From contig JAAPAO010000001.1 of the NCBI GenBank assembly GCA_013115145.1, positions 248,001 through 312,000 of the forward strand: DNA of 64,000 nt. Reading direction: 5' to 3'. The notes below the pieces were generated by a model. That model did no database searches. It was given only the letters and a program-made list of their open reading frames with translations, and had not been told where the DNA came from. Origin of the DNA: Perkinsus chesapeaki ATCC PRA-425 (taxonomy: Eukaryota > Protista > Perkinsozoa). Below, one piece after another: positions 1 to 11,564 of the stretch (positions are counted from its first letter, which is position 1; every line of letters begins with the position of its first letter). Made by a program: the position numbers and the translations under genes.

Positions 1-2494
1 TAAACTATACGAGATGAGCTTGCCGGCCACTGGTGGTAAAGTGATGACTAATGAAGACAGCGGTTGTGTAGACCCTTCCCTGTTTGATGATATGGTACGT
101 GATCCTTCTACAGCGTGGGGTAATACGGCTCAAATGGCTGGTACGTATAAGTATCTTGGGCTTACTGCTGATACTGATGAGTATATAAGTATGCTTCCAG
201 GTGACTTCGTTGCCATGTCTTATCTATCCTCGATCACTTATGGTCAACATATGGTTGATATGATGAATGCCGCTGAGATAGATCTTGTAACATTCGGTAA
301 CCATGAATTTGACTTTAAAAACAACTGTCCTCCAGCCCACCTAAATGAAAGTCTTAAATTCAACGATGTCTGTCTGGCATGGTTGATGACCAAAAGCAAC
401 TTCCTTTACCTTGGTCATAATGTTTATGCTGATCCTCAAAAAACTGTTCGGCTCGGTTCGAACTTGAAGGTTCCCGAAGAGATATCATTACTCAATGTAA
501 ATGTATTCAGGAACAGAAAAGTATTTCACGGTCGAGACCCTCGTCACGGCCATTCCGGAGATTATTGGTTTAAAATGGTTAAGGGTAAAAAGATATGTTT
601 TGCCGGTACCACTCAAACATCGGCTGCGCAATCAGCTGTTGGTACGTCAAATGTGTGGTTATCGGATATGTTAGAGGCTGGTCTTAATGTTACTCGACAA
701 ATGAATAATGATGGTTGTAATTTGGTAATCGTTCTCACTCATCAACGTGAAGGTTATGATGTTCTATTCTGGAGAAAGGCAGTTGTTGAGGAGGGTATCA
801 AGATTGATGCTATCATCGGAGGTCATGATCATTTCCCAGCCTTCTTGAACCTAAAGCATCCCACCAAGCCTTATATAATCACACCGGTATGGAAGATGGG
901 CATGGACGGCCAAATGCTCGGCAAGTTTGTATTCGACTTCGATGATGAGAATCCAAATGGGAAGCTGAGATTTGCCCATGCCATACCTGTATTTGATGGT
1001 CAATGTGATCAACACTTTATTGGTACTGATAATGAAGAGTGGTGGAATAATAATGTTATGCAAACTTGGGAACATTGGGTTAAGCAAATCGAACCTCTTG
1101 AAAACACGGTCGTGGAGAACTTGCTCTTTGGAGGTTTGTACAATACTGCAGATATTCGCTCTGCTGAGTCTCGCGTTGGCAACATGTTGGCTGATCTGTT
1201 CCTTCGTAATTTATCAGTTAACGCGGTTGCTCTGGGTGGTGCGAACATTCGTTACGGCTTGAGTCGAGTTTTTACTGAGCGTATTCCTCTCGCCAAGTTG
1301 TACTTGTACGAGGAGTGTCCTTTCCACGATACCGTCATTTCTTATGATGTTACTTTGATGGAGCTTTTCGGTTATGTACTCCACTCAGCTCCGATTGTGA
1401 TTGGAATAGAAGATAAAGCTCGTCCGGTTACTTCCGGATTCGAGGTTGAGATCGACCCAGCAACTACTGAGCATGGTGGTGTTACTCTTATCCGGTTTAC
1501 TGGAACTAGTCACATGGCTGGTATTGTTAACCGTACCGAGACTGACTGTGGCCATCCAACACTCAAATGTGGTGAGATCATTTGGAATGCTGAAGAGGGC
1601 TGGAAGGTCGATCCCTTCACTATGGTCTCTATTGCTGTACCAGATTATAATGTTCGTTATTCTCTTACTGATGCTCCCACCCTTCGCAGATCATTTCACC
1701 TTACCCAGATGTCTGACCTCTGCAGACGTGGTGCTGACAGTTATGCCATCGATCTCAACGGTGGGTCTACTTCATTCGCTTGCCCACCGGGCCCCGACTT
1801 CTTCGAATATTTGAGTGAGAAGTTGCCTTGGACCGATTGTGGATACGTTGGCAATAGTTCCACCACTACCCCAGCTCCCACACCAAGCACCACTACTCCC
1901 TCCTCTCGTCCTCATTACACTTGGGAGTCTATCCGAGCAGCTGATGCATTCTGTGGTGGTAAAGCACAAGGTTCTTATTGTATGTATTGGCAGACTGCTG
2001 AAGGTCAAGTATGCCACAGTACTGATGTATCCTGCAATAAATTCCTTACAACATACCATAACCAAAAGTCTTCTATTTCGTGCTGGGCGAATCTCGGCCC
2101 TTCCACTCAGGAGAGATCAGTCCACCTATGGACAAACGACGACATTCGTCAAATCAAAAAGCTCGAAGGTGTCGAAGTTGCGAGATCGGATAATTACAGG
2201 GCCAAACAGCTCGTCGGCGCTGCAGCTCGGCTTCCTTCGCCGTGGTTAGTCGGTGGCGAGAATTTGAGGGACCTGGTTCTTCTGTATGGTATACTTGATG
2301 CCAATATCGAAGACATCAAGCTGTTTAATCTGCCAGTTCGTAGATGGGTAGTCGACAGAAACGCCGCGAGGGTTCTGAAAGTGTCATACTCTACGGCGGA
2401 ATCTGACTTTAAGATGCCTCATGATAAGATAGGTCCTCTAACGGTCCTGCAGCTTCATTCGCAAGATCAATACTCAAGTGTGTCACCCCTATAG
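1..2494 (+). CDS. 5'-nucleotidase/apyrase-family metallophosphoesterase, copy A (5' end lies outside the window), intronless
   Basis: 826-aa ORF with calcineurin-like motifs PGDF, GNHEFD, LTHQ and GGHDH, followed by a 5'-nucleotidase C-domain (ESRVGNMLAD, GGANIR). Bases 1-1069 align to 3568-4636 of copy B, so the true start is upstream of the window. Confidence 0.85.
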   Translation, partial: KLYEMSLPATGGKVMTNEDSGCVDPSLFDDMVRDPSTAWGNTAQMAGTYKYLGLTADTDEYISMLPGDFVAMSYLSSITYGQHMVDMMNAAEIDLVTFGNHEFDFKNNCPPAHLNESLKFNDVCLAWLMTKSNFLYLGHNVYADPQKTVRLGSNLKVPEEISLLNVNVFRNRKVFHGRDPRHGHSGDYWFKMVKGKKICFAGTTQTSAAQSAVGTSNVWLSDMLEAGLNVTRQMNNDGCNLVIVLTHQREGYDVLFWRKAVVEEGIKIDAIIGGHDHFPAFLNLKHPTKPYIITPVWKMGMDGQMLGKFVFDFDDENPNGKLRFAHAIPVFDGQCDQHFIGTDNEEWWNNNVMQTWEHWVKQIEPLENTVVENLLFGGLYNTADIRSAESRVGNMLADLFLRNLSVNAVALGGANIRYGLSRVFTERIPLAKLYLYEECPFHDTVISYDVTLMELFGYVLHSAPIVIGIEDKARPVTSGFEVEIDPATTEHGGVTLIRFTGTSHMAGIVNRTETDCGHPTLKCGEIIWNAEEGWKVDPFTMVSIAVPDYNVRYSLTDAPTLRRSFHLTQMSDLCRRGADSYAIDLNGGSTSFACPPGPDFFEYLSEKLPWTDCGYVGNSSTTTPAPTPSTTTPSSRPHYTWESIRAADAFCGGKAQGSYCMYWQTAEGQVCHSTDVSCNKFLTTYHNQKSSISCWANLGPSTQERSVHLWTNDDIRQIKKLEGVEVARSDNYRAKQLVGAAARLPSPWLVGGENLRDLVLLYGILDANIEDIKLFNLPVRRWVVDRNAARVLKVSYSTAESDFKMPHDKIGPLTVLQLHSQDQYSSVSPL

Positions 2495-3301
2495 TTTTCC
2501 GTGCACAATACCTCCACTGCACTGCACAAAGCTTTACCGAAGCTTTCTAGTATGGTAGCCGTTTTGGTTTATCGAGCTCAAGAGCTTGTTCTACAGATTT
2601 TTCTTATTTGTTTGTATCAAAAGAGGATGTTGTTAGTCTTCGTCTATCCACTGTTTTTCGATCTACTTATCCTGTAAGTCGAGACATGTTTGTCTTCTAG
2701 TGTGGCGGAACTATAATGGAGGAACTCCCGGCGCCGGTCACGGCTTTAGTTTTGTTTTTCACATCGTCGTCGCGCGCACGGAGTATTATGACACCTCTTC
2801 TGCTGCTGTTGTCATTCAACGTACAGGGCGATTCGTACTAGACCAACTTTCGCCTTGGGAGTATTGAGAAGTGTATGAGGGGCCGCTGGCAGATGTTCGC
2901 CATTGTCCTTATGGGTTAACTGCACAGATCTGAATGTACGAAATTCCGTCAGTATCTTCGGATCTCTGTGTGTAGGTTTTGGTTCCGCTTTACATCTGAG
3001 CGGGAGGTCGTGTCTGCTCTTCAGTCATTGAATATCGCTGTGGTGCTGCTATATCTTTATCGGCTCGTTGTTCACTAGTAACAGTGTTGTAGATAATATA
3101 TCGTCTATTGCACTCCCTACTGTGAATTATGTTACTCAAATCGTATCAGCATATAAGCTGCTCCAAAGCATGTGCAGTGCGCGTTGATAACCCGGTGTGA
3201 CCTAAGTTGAACCTAACTCTACGGTTGGGTTTTGCACGTATCACTCCACGAGTAGAATCACAGGTTTTCCCCATCCGTTCATCCTTTCAGTTTTTATCCT
3301 A

Positions 3302-5773
3302 ATGTGGTCGCTCGCTCAATTAACCCTCTTTCTTTCCCCTGGGGTGTACGGTTCAGCTCTTCGTACCGATCTATTAAAGGATGGTAAGGTGTCTATAACT
3401 CTAACTACTACAAATGATGTTTATTCGATGCATGCTCGCCCGATGTCCAACATGGGATACTTTTTCGAGGGCACACCTCTTCCCGAATTCTACTCTTTGT
3501 GCGAGAAGAATAGTGAACACTGTTATGGCGATGCAAAGGCCAAAGGCATGCCTGAAGCTACAGTTGGTAAACTATACGAGATGAGCTTGCCGGCCACTGG
3601 TGGTAAAGTGATGACTAATGAAGACAGCGGTTGTGTAGACCCTTCCCTGTTTGATGATATGGTACGTGATCCTTCTACAGCATGGGGTAATACAGCTCAA
3701 ATGGCTGGTACGTATAAGTATCTCGGGCTTACTGCTGATACTGATGAGTATATCAGTATGCTTCCTGGTGACTTCGTTGCGATGTCTTATCTATCCTCGA
3801 TCACTTATGGTCAACATATGGTTGATATGATGAATGCCGCTGAGATAGATCTTGTAACATTCGGTAACCATGAATTCGACTTTAAAAACAACTGTCCTCC
3901 AGCCCACCTAAATGAAAGTCTTAAATTCAACGATGTCTGTCTGGCATGGTTGATGACCAAAAGCAACTTCCTTTACCTTGGTCATAATGTTTATGCTGAT
4001 CCTCAAAAAACTGTTCGGCTCGGTTCGAACTTGAAGGTTCCCGAAGAGATATCATTTCTCAATGTAAATGTATCCAGGAACAGAAAAGTATTTCACGGTC
4101 GAGACCCTCGTCACGGCCATTCCGAAGATTATTGGTTTAAAATGGTTAAGGGTAAAAAGATATGTTTTGCCGGTACCACTCAAACATCGGCTGCGCAATC
4201 AGCTGTTGGTACGTCAAATGTGTGGTTATCGGATATGTTAGAGGCTGGTGTTAATGTTACTCGACAAATGAATAATGATGGTTGTAATTTGGTAATCGTT
4301 CTCACTCATCAACGTGAAGGTTATGATGTTCTATTCTGGAGAAAGGCTGTTGTTGAAGAGGGTATCAAGATTGATGCTATTATCGGAGGTCATGATCATT
4401 TCCCAGCCTTCTTGAACCTAAAGCATCCCACCAAACCTGATATAATCACACCGGTATGGAAGATGGGCATGGACGGCCAAATGCTCGGCAAGTTTGTATT
4501 CGACTTTGATGATGAGAATCCAAATGGGAAGCTGAGATTTGCCCATGCCATACCTGTATTTGATGGTCAATGTGATCAACACTTTATTGGTACTGATAAT
4601 GAAGAGTGGTGGAATAATAATGTTATGCAAACTTGGAATCATTGGGTCCAACCTATTCGAGATCTAGAAGATACGCAGGTTTCCAACTTGCTATTCGCCG
4701 GCTTGTATAACACCTTAGATGTTCGCCAAGACGAGACACGCGTTGGTAACACCGTAGCCGATTTATTCCTTCACTATCGGCAATGCCATTTCTCTGCTTT
4801 GAACGGAGGATCTATCAGGCTCTCTCTCCTTCACCTCATAGAGGAACGAACTCCCTTGACAGCATTGAATGTATATGAGCTTGCACCCTTCCTCGACGAT
4901 ATGGTATCCTTTGACATATCCCTTTTGGAAGTGTTCTCGTATATGCTGTTTTCTGCGCCGGTTATCCTTGGTGGGCCTAGTTCTGCCTATCCTATTATAT
5001 CCGGCTTCGAGATCACAATCGATCCTACTTCGCCAGAGCACGGTGGTTTGCAAGAGATCCGTTATGCCGGGACTGGTCACATCGCAGGGATTGTGAACCA
5101 CACGGAGACTAACTGCGGGCATCCAGCTCTGCATTGTGGTGAGGTTATCTGGAATGCAGAGAGCGGCTGGTTGGTCGATCCTCTAATACTTGTTACGGTA
5201 ACCTTTCCGGCTTATAACGCCAGATATGGTGCGAAGGAGGCTCCAGCTCTTCATTGGTCATACCATCTAACACATATGTCTCATTTATGTAGAATTGGTG
5301 CTCACGGGTATACTTTCCGCAACTCGAAAGATTCCCCTACATTTTTCGCCTGTCCGCCAGGCCCCGAGGTTTTTGACTACCTCCGTGTGCGGTTTCGTTG
5401 GAACGACTGTGGCTTGGTCAATCCACGCCCCTTCTTTAAAGAGTCTACCGAAGCTAATCCATGGGATCGTACAGGCTCGACATTCCGGGATGGTAAGATG
5501 TCTTGTTGGAACCTGTTGGGCTCTACTGTACTTAAGAGGTCGATGAGAGTCTGGCTTAATGATGGAAGTACTCCAGAAGGTGTTGCTATTACTGATCTCA
5601 GCACCCCTCTTGCTCAAGGCCTATTGAAGGCGGCTAGCGATCTCCCATATGCGTGGTATATCGGTGGTGAAAACGTCAAAAGTCTGATACAATACTATGC
5701 CATCCGGAACCCGGACGTCCAATCGATTGAAGCGAAAAACTTGCCGGTGCGCCGGTGTAATATAAGAGCCTGA
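3302..5773 (+). CDS. Secreted 5'-nucleotidase/apyrase-family metallophosphoesterase, copy B, intronless
   Basis: 823-aa ORF. Hydrophobic N-terminus MWSLAQLTLFLSPGVYG, then motifs TTNDVY, PGDF, GNHEFD, LTHQ, GGHDH and a C-domain with ETRVGNTVAD and NGGSIR. Confidence 0.87.
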   Translation: MWSLAQLTLFLSPGVYGSALRTDLLKDGKVSITLTTTNDVYSMHARPMSNMGYFFEGTPLPEFYSLCEKNSEHCYGDAKAKGMPEATVGKLYEMSLPATGGKVMTNEDSGCVDPSLFDDMVRDPSTAWGNTAQMAGTYKYLGLTADTDEYISMLPGDFVAMSYLSSITYGQHMVDMMNAAEIDLVTFGNHEFDFKNNCPPAHLNESLKFNDVCLAWLMTKSNFLYLGHNVYADPQKTVRLGSNLKVPEEISFLNVNVSRNRKVFHGRDPRHGHSEDYWFKMVKGKKICFAGTTQTSAAQSAVGTSNVWLSDMLEAGVNVTRQMNNDGCNLVIVLTHQREGYDVLFWRKAVVEEGIKIDAIIGGHDHFPAFLNLKHPTKPDIITPVWKMGMDGQMLGKFVFDFDDENPNGKLRFAHAIPVFDGQCDQHFIGTDNEEWWNNNVMQTWNHWVQPIRDLEDTQVSNLLFAGLYNTLDVRQDETRVGNTVADLFLHYRQCHFSALNGGSIRLSLLHLIEERTPLTALNVYELAPFLDDMVSFDISLLEVFSYMLFSAPVILGGPSSAYPIISGFEITIDPTSPEHGGLQEIRYAGTGHIAGIVNHTETNCGHPALHCGEVIWNAESGWLVDPLILVTVTFPAYNARYGAKEAPALHWSYHLTHMSHLCRIGAHGYTFRNSKDSPTFFACPPGPEVFDYLRVRFRWNDCGLVNPRPFFKESTEANPWDRTGSTFRDGKMSCWNLLGSTVLKRSMRVWLNDGSTPEGVAITDLSTPLAQGLLKAASDLPYAWYIGGENVKSLIQYYAIRNPDVQSIEAKNLPVRRCNIRA

Positions 5774-7478
5774 TGATCTTGGTCGGACGTTGTAGCCTTG
5801 AAGTCTCAACGACTTTTCGCGTTTCATCTTTGGTGCCGGGGTGTGGTGAGCGCATCCCCCAAAAAAGGCCTTTTTTCTTCGAGGGGCTTCGCGCACGATC
5901 TTTCCGTAGCTTCAGTACTTGAAGTTCACACTACCTATTTTTCCCTTATCTTACAGCCTTGTTTGAGCTCACTTGGGGGCTATAGAGTTGTTGTATAGCT
6001 GTACGTAATGTATGCTCTGTGGCTTTTCTAGCCGCTGTTCGTATTTTTCAATCCGTCGGAGCATTGGCGTTTGGTTGGAGATTAGTAACATCGTAATAAA
6101 GGCAGTAATCCGTATCCGTCGGAAGCGCGCTAATTACCGTACATGCCTGATTTCACTGATAGGAGGTTTCACTGCCTAAACTTTGTGAATAGTTATTCGC
6201 CACTAAATTCCCGTGCACATGACGAAGCCGCAGAACACTGAGTACGCATCACACAACACACTCGAAACTGAGGCAGTGGTATGTTCCGAGAAGCCAGCTA
6301 TTACGAACCGATGTTGAAAACCAAACTCGTGAGATAAGTTTACGATGACCACAACCGACGATGCTCCGCACAAACATAACGCATTGTGTGATCCACCAGC
6401 TTGGCAAGCAAGGGATTGAACCATCTTTTAACCCATGCCAAAAGCTCTGGCTCAAGTAGGCTACCTAATGTACTTAATCTAGAGGCGGGAGTGCTAACTT
6501 GATCGGCTCGTCTGTTTATACCACCCGCTTTTGCTGGTGTATTCCGGCAGTCATCAATTGCACATAGCAGCTCAAGTGGGCTATAAAAGAAGTAGATAAG
6601 CGGGCTCACATCACCCGGGTGTCTGTGAGTTTAACGGCTTCGTTGATGCAGGTTCTTCATTAGGAGAAGGGGATGATAAAGGCCAATGTCGGAACTGAGT
6701 GCGACGTGTTTTTTTGCTTTCGTTTGCACGGAATTATTATCTACAGAAGACGAGGCGTATGCCCGAGGAAGCACTATGAAAACTATCCCTCACGCATCGT
6801 GAACCCTGCCGAGGGCAACATTTCGAATACGACCGGTAACATCGTTGGGGTTTGACCGAAACTATGACCAGCTGGACTACGGCAACTCGCCGCCGGCAAG
6901 TTGGATGATCGGGCGGAGTGTACAAGAAGTGCAGCGCCATTTTGCTGCCTGTAGCACCCTGTCTGGCTCCCCGGCAACGACGAGCATCGCCCCCCCCCCC
7001 GGCGAGCAACTCATACAGCGTATTTCATTGGCTTTACATTCATATAAGGCTGATTCCTATCAGCGAACCACGAATAGCAGCAGGATGAGAACGTGAGACG
7101 AAATGTCAGCGATTGTTGCTATACAGTTTCTGCAACAATACTACATTTAATGTGGTACATTACGACTTTGTGGGGGGCGCGGTTGTAACAAAATCTACAT
7201 GCGCATACTGCGGGCACAACAACAGTTGTACATAAGTACGTTATTATCATAGACTAGCTGTGCTCCTACATTAATCTTGGTGCGTCAAATGCGGAACACA
7301 ACCAAGTCAGGCTTTCTCATATCGAAAGCTGAAGCACAATCAATTACCTGTAACAGAAACATCATCAGATACTCATCGATCCACGAAACCTATTTCCCAT
7401 TTGGAGTTTGTACACGCGTTCTGAATGGGCTTTCACAAACTCCCGTAGAAAACGGTATTGTGTTTCACTTTCCCATAA

Positions 7479-7871
7479 ATGAGATTCTTTTTGACATTGG
7501 TGGTCTTCATTACCCAAGCTATCCTTACTTCTGTAGCCCAGCGATCTGGCAGCTACAGCGCTACGCTTGGAGAAGCTCGTCTTACTCTGGATGTCACCAA
7601 AGATAAAACTGTGAGGTTTACCGTGTCCAAGGACGATCGCCAGTTCGTTGATGGGGGCTACCCACTTACTCGTCTAGACAAGTTCGAATACGCCATCAAC
7701 TTCGATGGTACCTTCGAGGGAGTCCAGTTCTTGTATAATGGAATACGGTCAATTATTCCCGATATTATTCTCAAAGAAGGAGACTTGACTACAGCGACTT
7801 TTCTCTTCCCATTTCTCGGTGCCGTGGTAGTCAGGTTGAGCGGAGCGCCACTCCTTCTTTTCTTACAGTGA
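7479..7871 (+). CDS. Small secreted hypothetical protein (130 aa), intronless
   Basis: ATG-started ORF with signal-peptide-like N-terminus MRFFLTLVVFITQAILTSVA and a beta-rich body. No family recognised. Confidence 0.6.
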   Translation: MRFFLTLVVFITQAILTSVAQRSGSYSATLGEARLTLDVTKDKTVRFTVSKDDRQFVDGGYPLTRLDKFEYAINFDGTFEGVQFLYNGIRSIIPDIILKEGDLTTATFLFPFLGAVVVRLSGAPLLLFLQ

Positions 7872-10244
7872 AGCAGCTTACAGCTGGGGATGATTGTTTA
7901 ACTGGCCGGTAATCTTATGTCCCCGTAGCTTGGTCGGCTCCACCATTGTTGCTAGCGGCATGTAGAGTTTTTCTTCAGCGATATTTCAGCGCTCGTGTTT
8001 CATTCACTCTCGCTAAGGACAAGCCACCGTTGTGTAAGTTCTACGAATCGGTCTCTCTGCCACTGTTTGCATCAAGCTTCCCTTCGCCAGACGACTGCAA
8101 GATGCTCTAACTTATATCAGCTTGGCATCATCACCGAAGGAACCGTGCTTCCGTACCCTTGTGGCCTCACCTGGCTACAACCACAGTCTGACTATGCCTG
8201 GAGGTTCAGTGGTATGAAAATCGTACTACTAGCTCTGCCACAGAGACTGTGAGAGTGGCGCCTTTGTTGCTATACTCCTTCGATTTCATCTTTCATTGTC
8301 GATCTTAGGGCTTTCGTTTTGTAGTACGAACATCAAGTTGTTCGACGGCCCAAGAGGACTCACAGTACTAAAAAGGCTGGACAGTGCCATTGGTCCTCAG
8401 ATCTCATTGCCAATGAGTCATTGGCTCAAAAAGACGCTGAAAGCTTTTTCCAATTTTGCCAGTGCGAAGTGTTGTCAATGAAGCAACAGTCAGCGAATCT
8501 TAATCGGATTACTCGACTCGGGCTACCGTCTCCTTTTGACTCACTCATACAGAGCTCACTATTCGGAGTCGCTGGTTAGGAGTCAATAAAAAAGGAATAC
8601 CATCACCGACTAGAAATAAGCCTTTCCAGGCGACACGAGTTTGTGTACCACCAGTAGGTGTTGCTGAAGACAAATAGAGTTCGCCACTTTCTTCTTCGCC
8701 ATGCGAGTCATTGAACTCAATGTTGCACTCCAATTATAGCGCAACCACCCAATTCCCGATCACGTCACCCACCAGTCGTCTCGGCACGCGGAGCGTGACG
8801 CCAAACCTTCCACCTCGCCTCGCCGCCACACGCCAAGCACCTCTCCATAAAATCTTAACAAGAGAGCCTGCAAGTTGAACACGGATGGGCTGGAGCAGCG
8901 GTTGGGGGCCCGACCTTCGAGCCCGAATCGATATTAAGGGGTGTATAGGTGGTGGCGCTGCCGCTACGCCTACAAAGCTTCCGACTCGGAAGTTCCGAGA
9001 GCCTACGATTCACGGCTAGGCCATTTTATCCCAACTTCACCAATGACCATTGAAAACCGTGCAAAAGCAGAAGGGAGAGCTAGGCAACAGTTAGTTCGGA
9101 CATCCCCACTTCATGGGGCCCCTGTCCGGACTGGATCAGTAATACTGATCCAGTATATAAGAATGGGTCTCCGGTGAAAATGGTCTTACTAGGATCTTCC
9201 CATTGTCATCAACACTGGCAGTGTCGGCAGCGTTATACTGTACTGTCTTCAAGGCTTGAAGTTCAAGCACATGCCTGTATGCCCGAAAAGTTTGCCACGG
9301 AACAACTGTTGAAAGTAGTCGCTCGTTCAAGTGCGCACCTACTCAATTGCGAAGGGGACAGGAGGCGCGGAGACAGCGCATTCACCAGATTTTTCCAATC
9401 TCATTTCTTCAATCGTACTTTGGACAGATGATGAGTTTCATATGGTACTTGGGCAGGAAGACTCGCTGATTATGACCCGAACTGCAGATGCCTGTTACAA
9501 GGGGAAACTCCGCAGTTATATAAGGTTAAATAACATGCGCTGTTGCGCGTACGTATTAGCTCTAATGCAAAAATACTGGACTTCTCACGCTCGTTGTGAA
9601 ACGCTCACGCAATATCTCAGGCTGCATCCTTATACAATTGCTATCACCGTGCGGGATATGAGGCAAATTTACCGGCGAGTTCCAATTTCGACACGTTAGC
9701 GCCCCTTATCAGCGGTTGATGGCTTCCTGCACGCACGGTGTTGTTGGGCAATCTCTCGGGCGCCCCTCCCCCTAGCGCGCAGAGGCCTCACGGCCTAGTT
9801 CAGAGGTTTTGACAAAGCAGGAAGCCGCGCAACAAGAGATCCATCGCCAATCGTTATAGACTCGCTCGAGCAGTCCGCTGGGATACATGGAACGTGCAGC
9901 AGTGTGAAGATAGTGCTCTGTTACTAGCACACTGGGGCATCGTGTTGTAAACGCATCACATCGAGATGTGATGCGTTCACCCTCGACAGTTGCACCTGGG
10001 AGCAGTGAGGCAGTAAAAGCTGGAGGGCTCGAGCGAGGGAGTGTCGGATGTAGGACTTCCAACCACACCGGGCAGTTGGTAGCTAGCTGCTGTATCATAC
10101 AGCGTCTGGGGCAGGCCATGTTTCTACGATTGTGATTTACGGTGGTTAACGAAACAGCTATTAGCGAGTGTTGCTTCAGGGCTAGCGAGTTCGCAACTGT
10201 TTCACCCCAACTTCGTTGGTGTTGCAAGTCTACTTCTTCGCGGA

Positions 10245-10616
10245 ATGATTTGGTACATGTCGAGTATCTTAGTTGCCTTGGCAACTAACACACCACCTCG
10301 AGGCTACTATAATAATTGCACGGTGGATGAGTGCTTCTATTCGCTTTTATTCCCCGAGAACTGGCAACTCTCCCCCAGTGTATCGGTCTATGCTACTTGT
10401 GGCCATAAAATACTTTACAATGGTAACCTCCCCTATAAGTTTAGCCAAGGCAGCCCAGAGGCAATCTCTCTCGTCCAAGAATCTCAACATTTGCAGGACT
10501 TTCTGGCCAACTATCACTTGGATAAGGAAGATTGGAAGGAGCTGAAGTATGACGGCTTCAAAGGTTTGATAATCGTTAAGGTCAATGGTACAGAGATACC
10601 CCATGTTCATAATTGA
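10245..10616 (+). CDS. Small, possibly secreted hypothetical protein (~120 aa)
   Basis: Uninterrupted ORF with a short hydrophobic start (SSILVALAT) followed by PPRGYY and Cys residues. No family recognised. Confidence 0.45.
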   Translation: MIWYMSSILVALATNTPPRGYYNNCTVDECFYSLLFPENWQLSPSVSVYATCGHKILYNGNLPYKFSQGSPEAISLVQESQHLQDFLANYHLDKEDWKELKYDGFKGLIIVKVNGTEIPHVHN

Positions 10617-11188
10617 GCATCCGACTACCCTCCTAAAAGCGTAGGAGAAAAAACTATAGCCATCACTCATTCACGCTACGTTTGTTATTCTGATACTGCT
10701 TGTCGATACCATACCCAGTCATGATATTTAGTCAGGGCGTAAAGCTCTGTTGGTCTCTACCGCTGTCGGGCTGCGTTATCGTATTAATGTTGCTGTACAA
10801 CTACGAATATGCTTTCTTGTACTCAACAAATACGAATCTACTTTTGACCGGCGGAGCACTACAGCAGCTTTAGTAACGCTCATCATTGATAACCACATTG
10901 TTTTCTTCAAGACGACCTCGAATGTTTTTGTTGTTGGACAAGTGTGGGTTGTCGTACTGAATCACATGAACATGTAAATGAGACGTTCCAATGCGGAAAA
11001 GGCATTGGCGCACCCCACCGGAAGAGTCGAAGAGCGAACACCCTCAACTGTGGATTGGTTACAAAGCTTTTCAAGTGAGCACCCGTAACGAGGTTTAATC
11101 GAGGAGGGCGCTAGAAATTCACTCGCACTTCGCTTACGAAGCCCGCGATGAACCCATACGTATCAGGGCGGTTTAAGGCAGTTGTGGA

Positions 11189-11210
11189 GAGACGACTCGT
11201 CTCAGACGAG
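11189..11210. mobile_element. Perfect hAT-type excision footprint (inferred 8-bp target GAGACGAG)
   Basis: Sequence g-agacga-c-tcgtct-c-agacga-g = target minus last base + reverse complement of target + target minus first base. Confidence 0.7.
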
Positions 11211-11564
11211 ACTTGACTCCGAATTAACCAACTCTAGATCTCAGTGCTGCCGGTGGTGCTAAATGGTATGAAATGATCCATCATTGTTTTAACGTCAGCT
11301 TAGTCACGCGGGAACAGATCACGCGCCATGAACGCAACGTCCTCCCGAAATTGCTTTCGTGTCTCTTCTCGGATATTGGCTGCACGGCTCGCTTCAGTCC
11401 CATCGATTTTATCTCGCGGGTCCCGCTTACCTGTCATGGAATGAGAACAGACGACCACAGAAAAGGCAGGCGCTCACGTCTTGTCTCTGGTTCGGTTTTC
11501 GACGGCGAACTTGGTTCAGGAAACCTATACACGTCCGGTAGACCTGGTGTCCTATGCTTCATCG

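Noticed and set aside
6737-7060. Minus-strand CMSC...WRCTSC segment suggesting a SET/MYND-type protein
   Set aside because: No NHSCxPN or other SET motif is nearby, several frames on both strands look equally plausible, and an 11-C homopolymer makes the frame uncertain.
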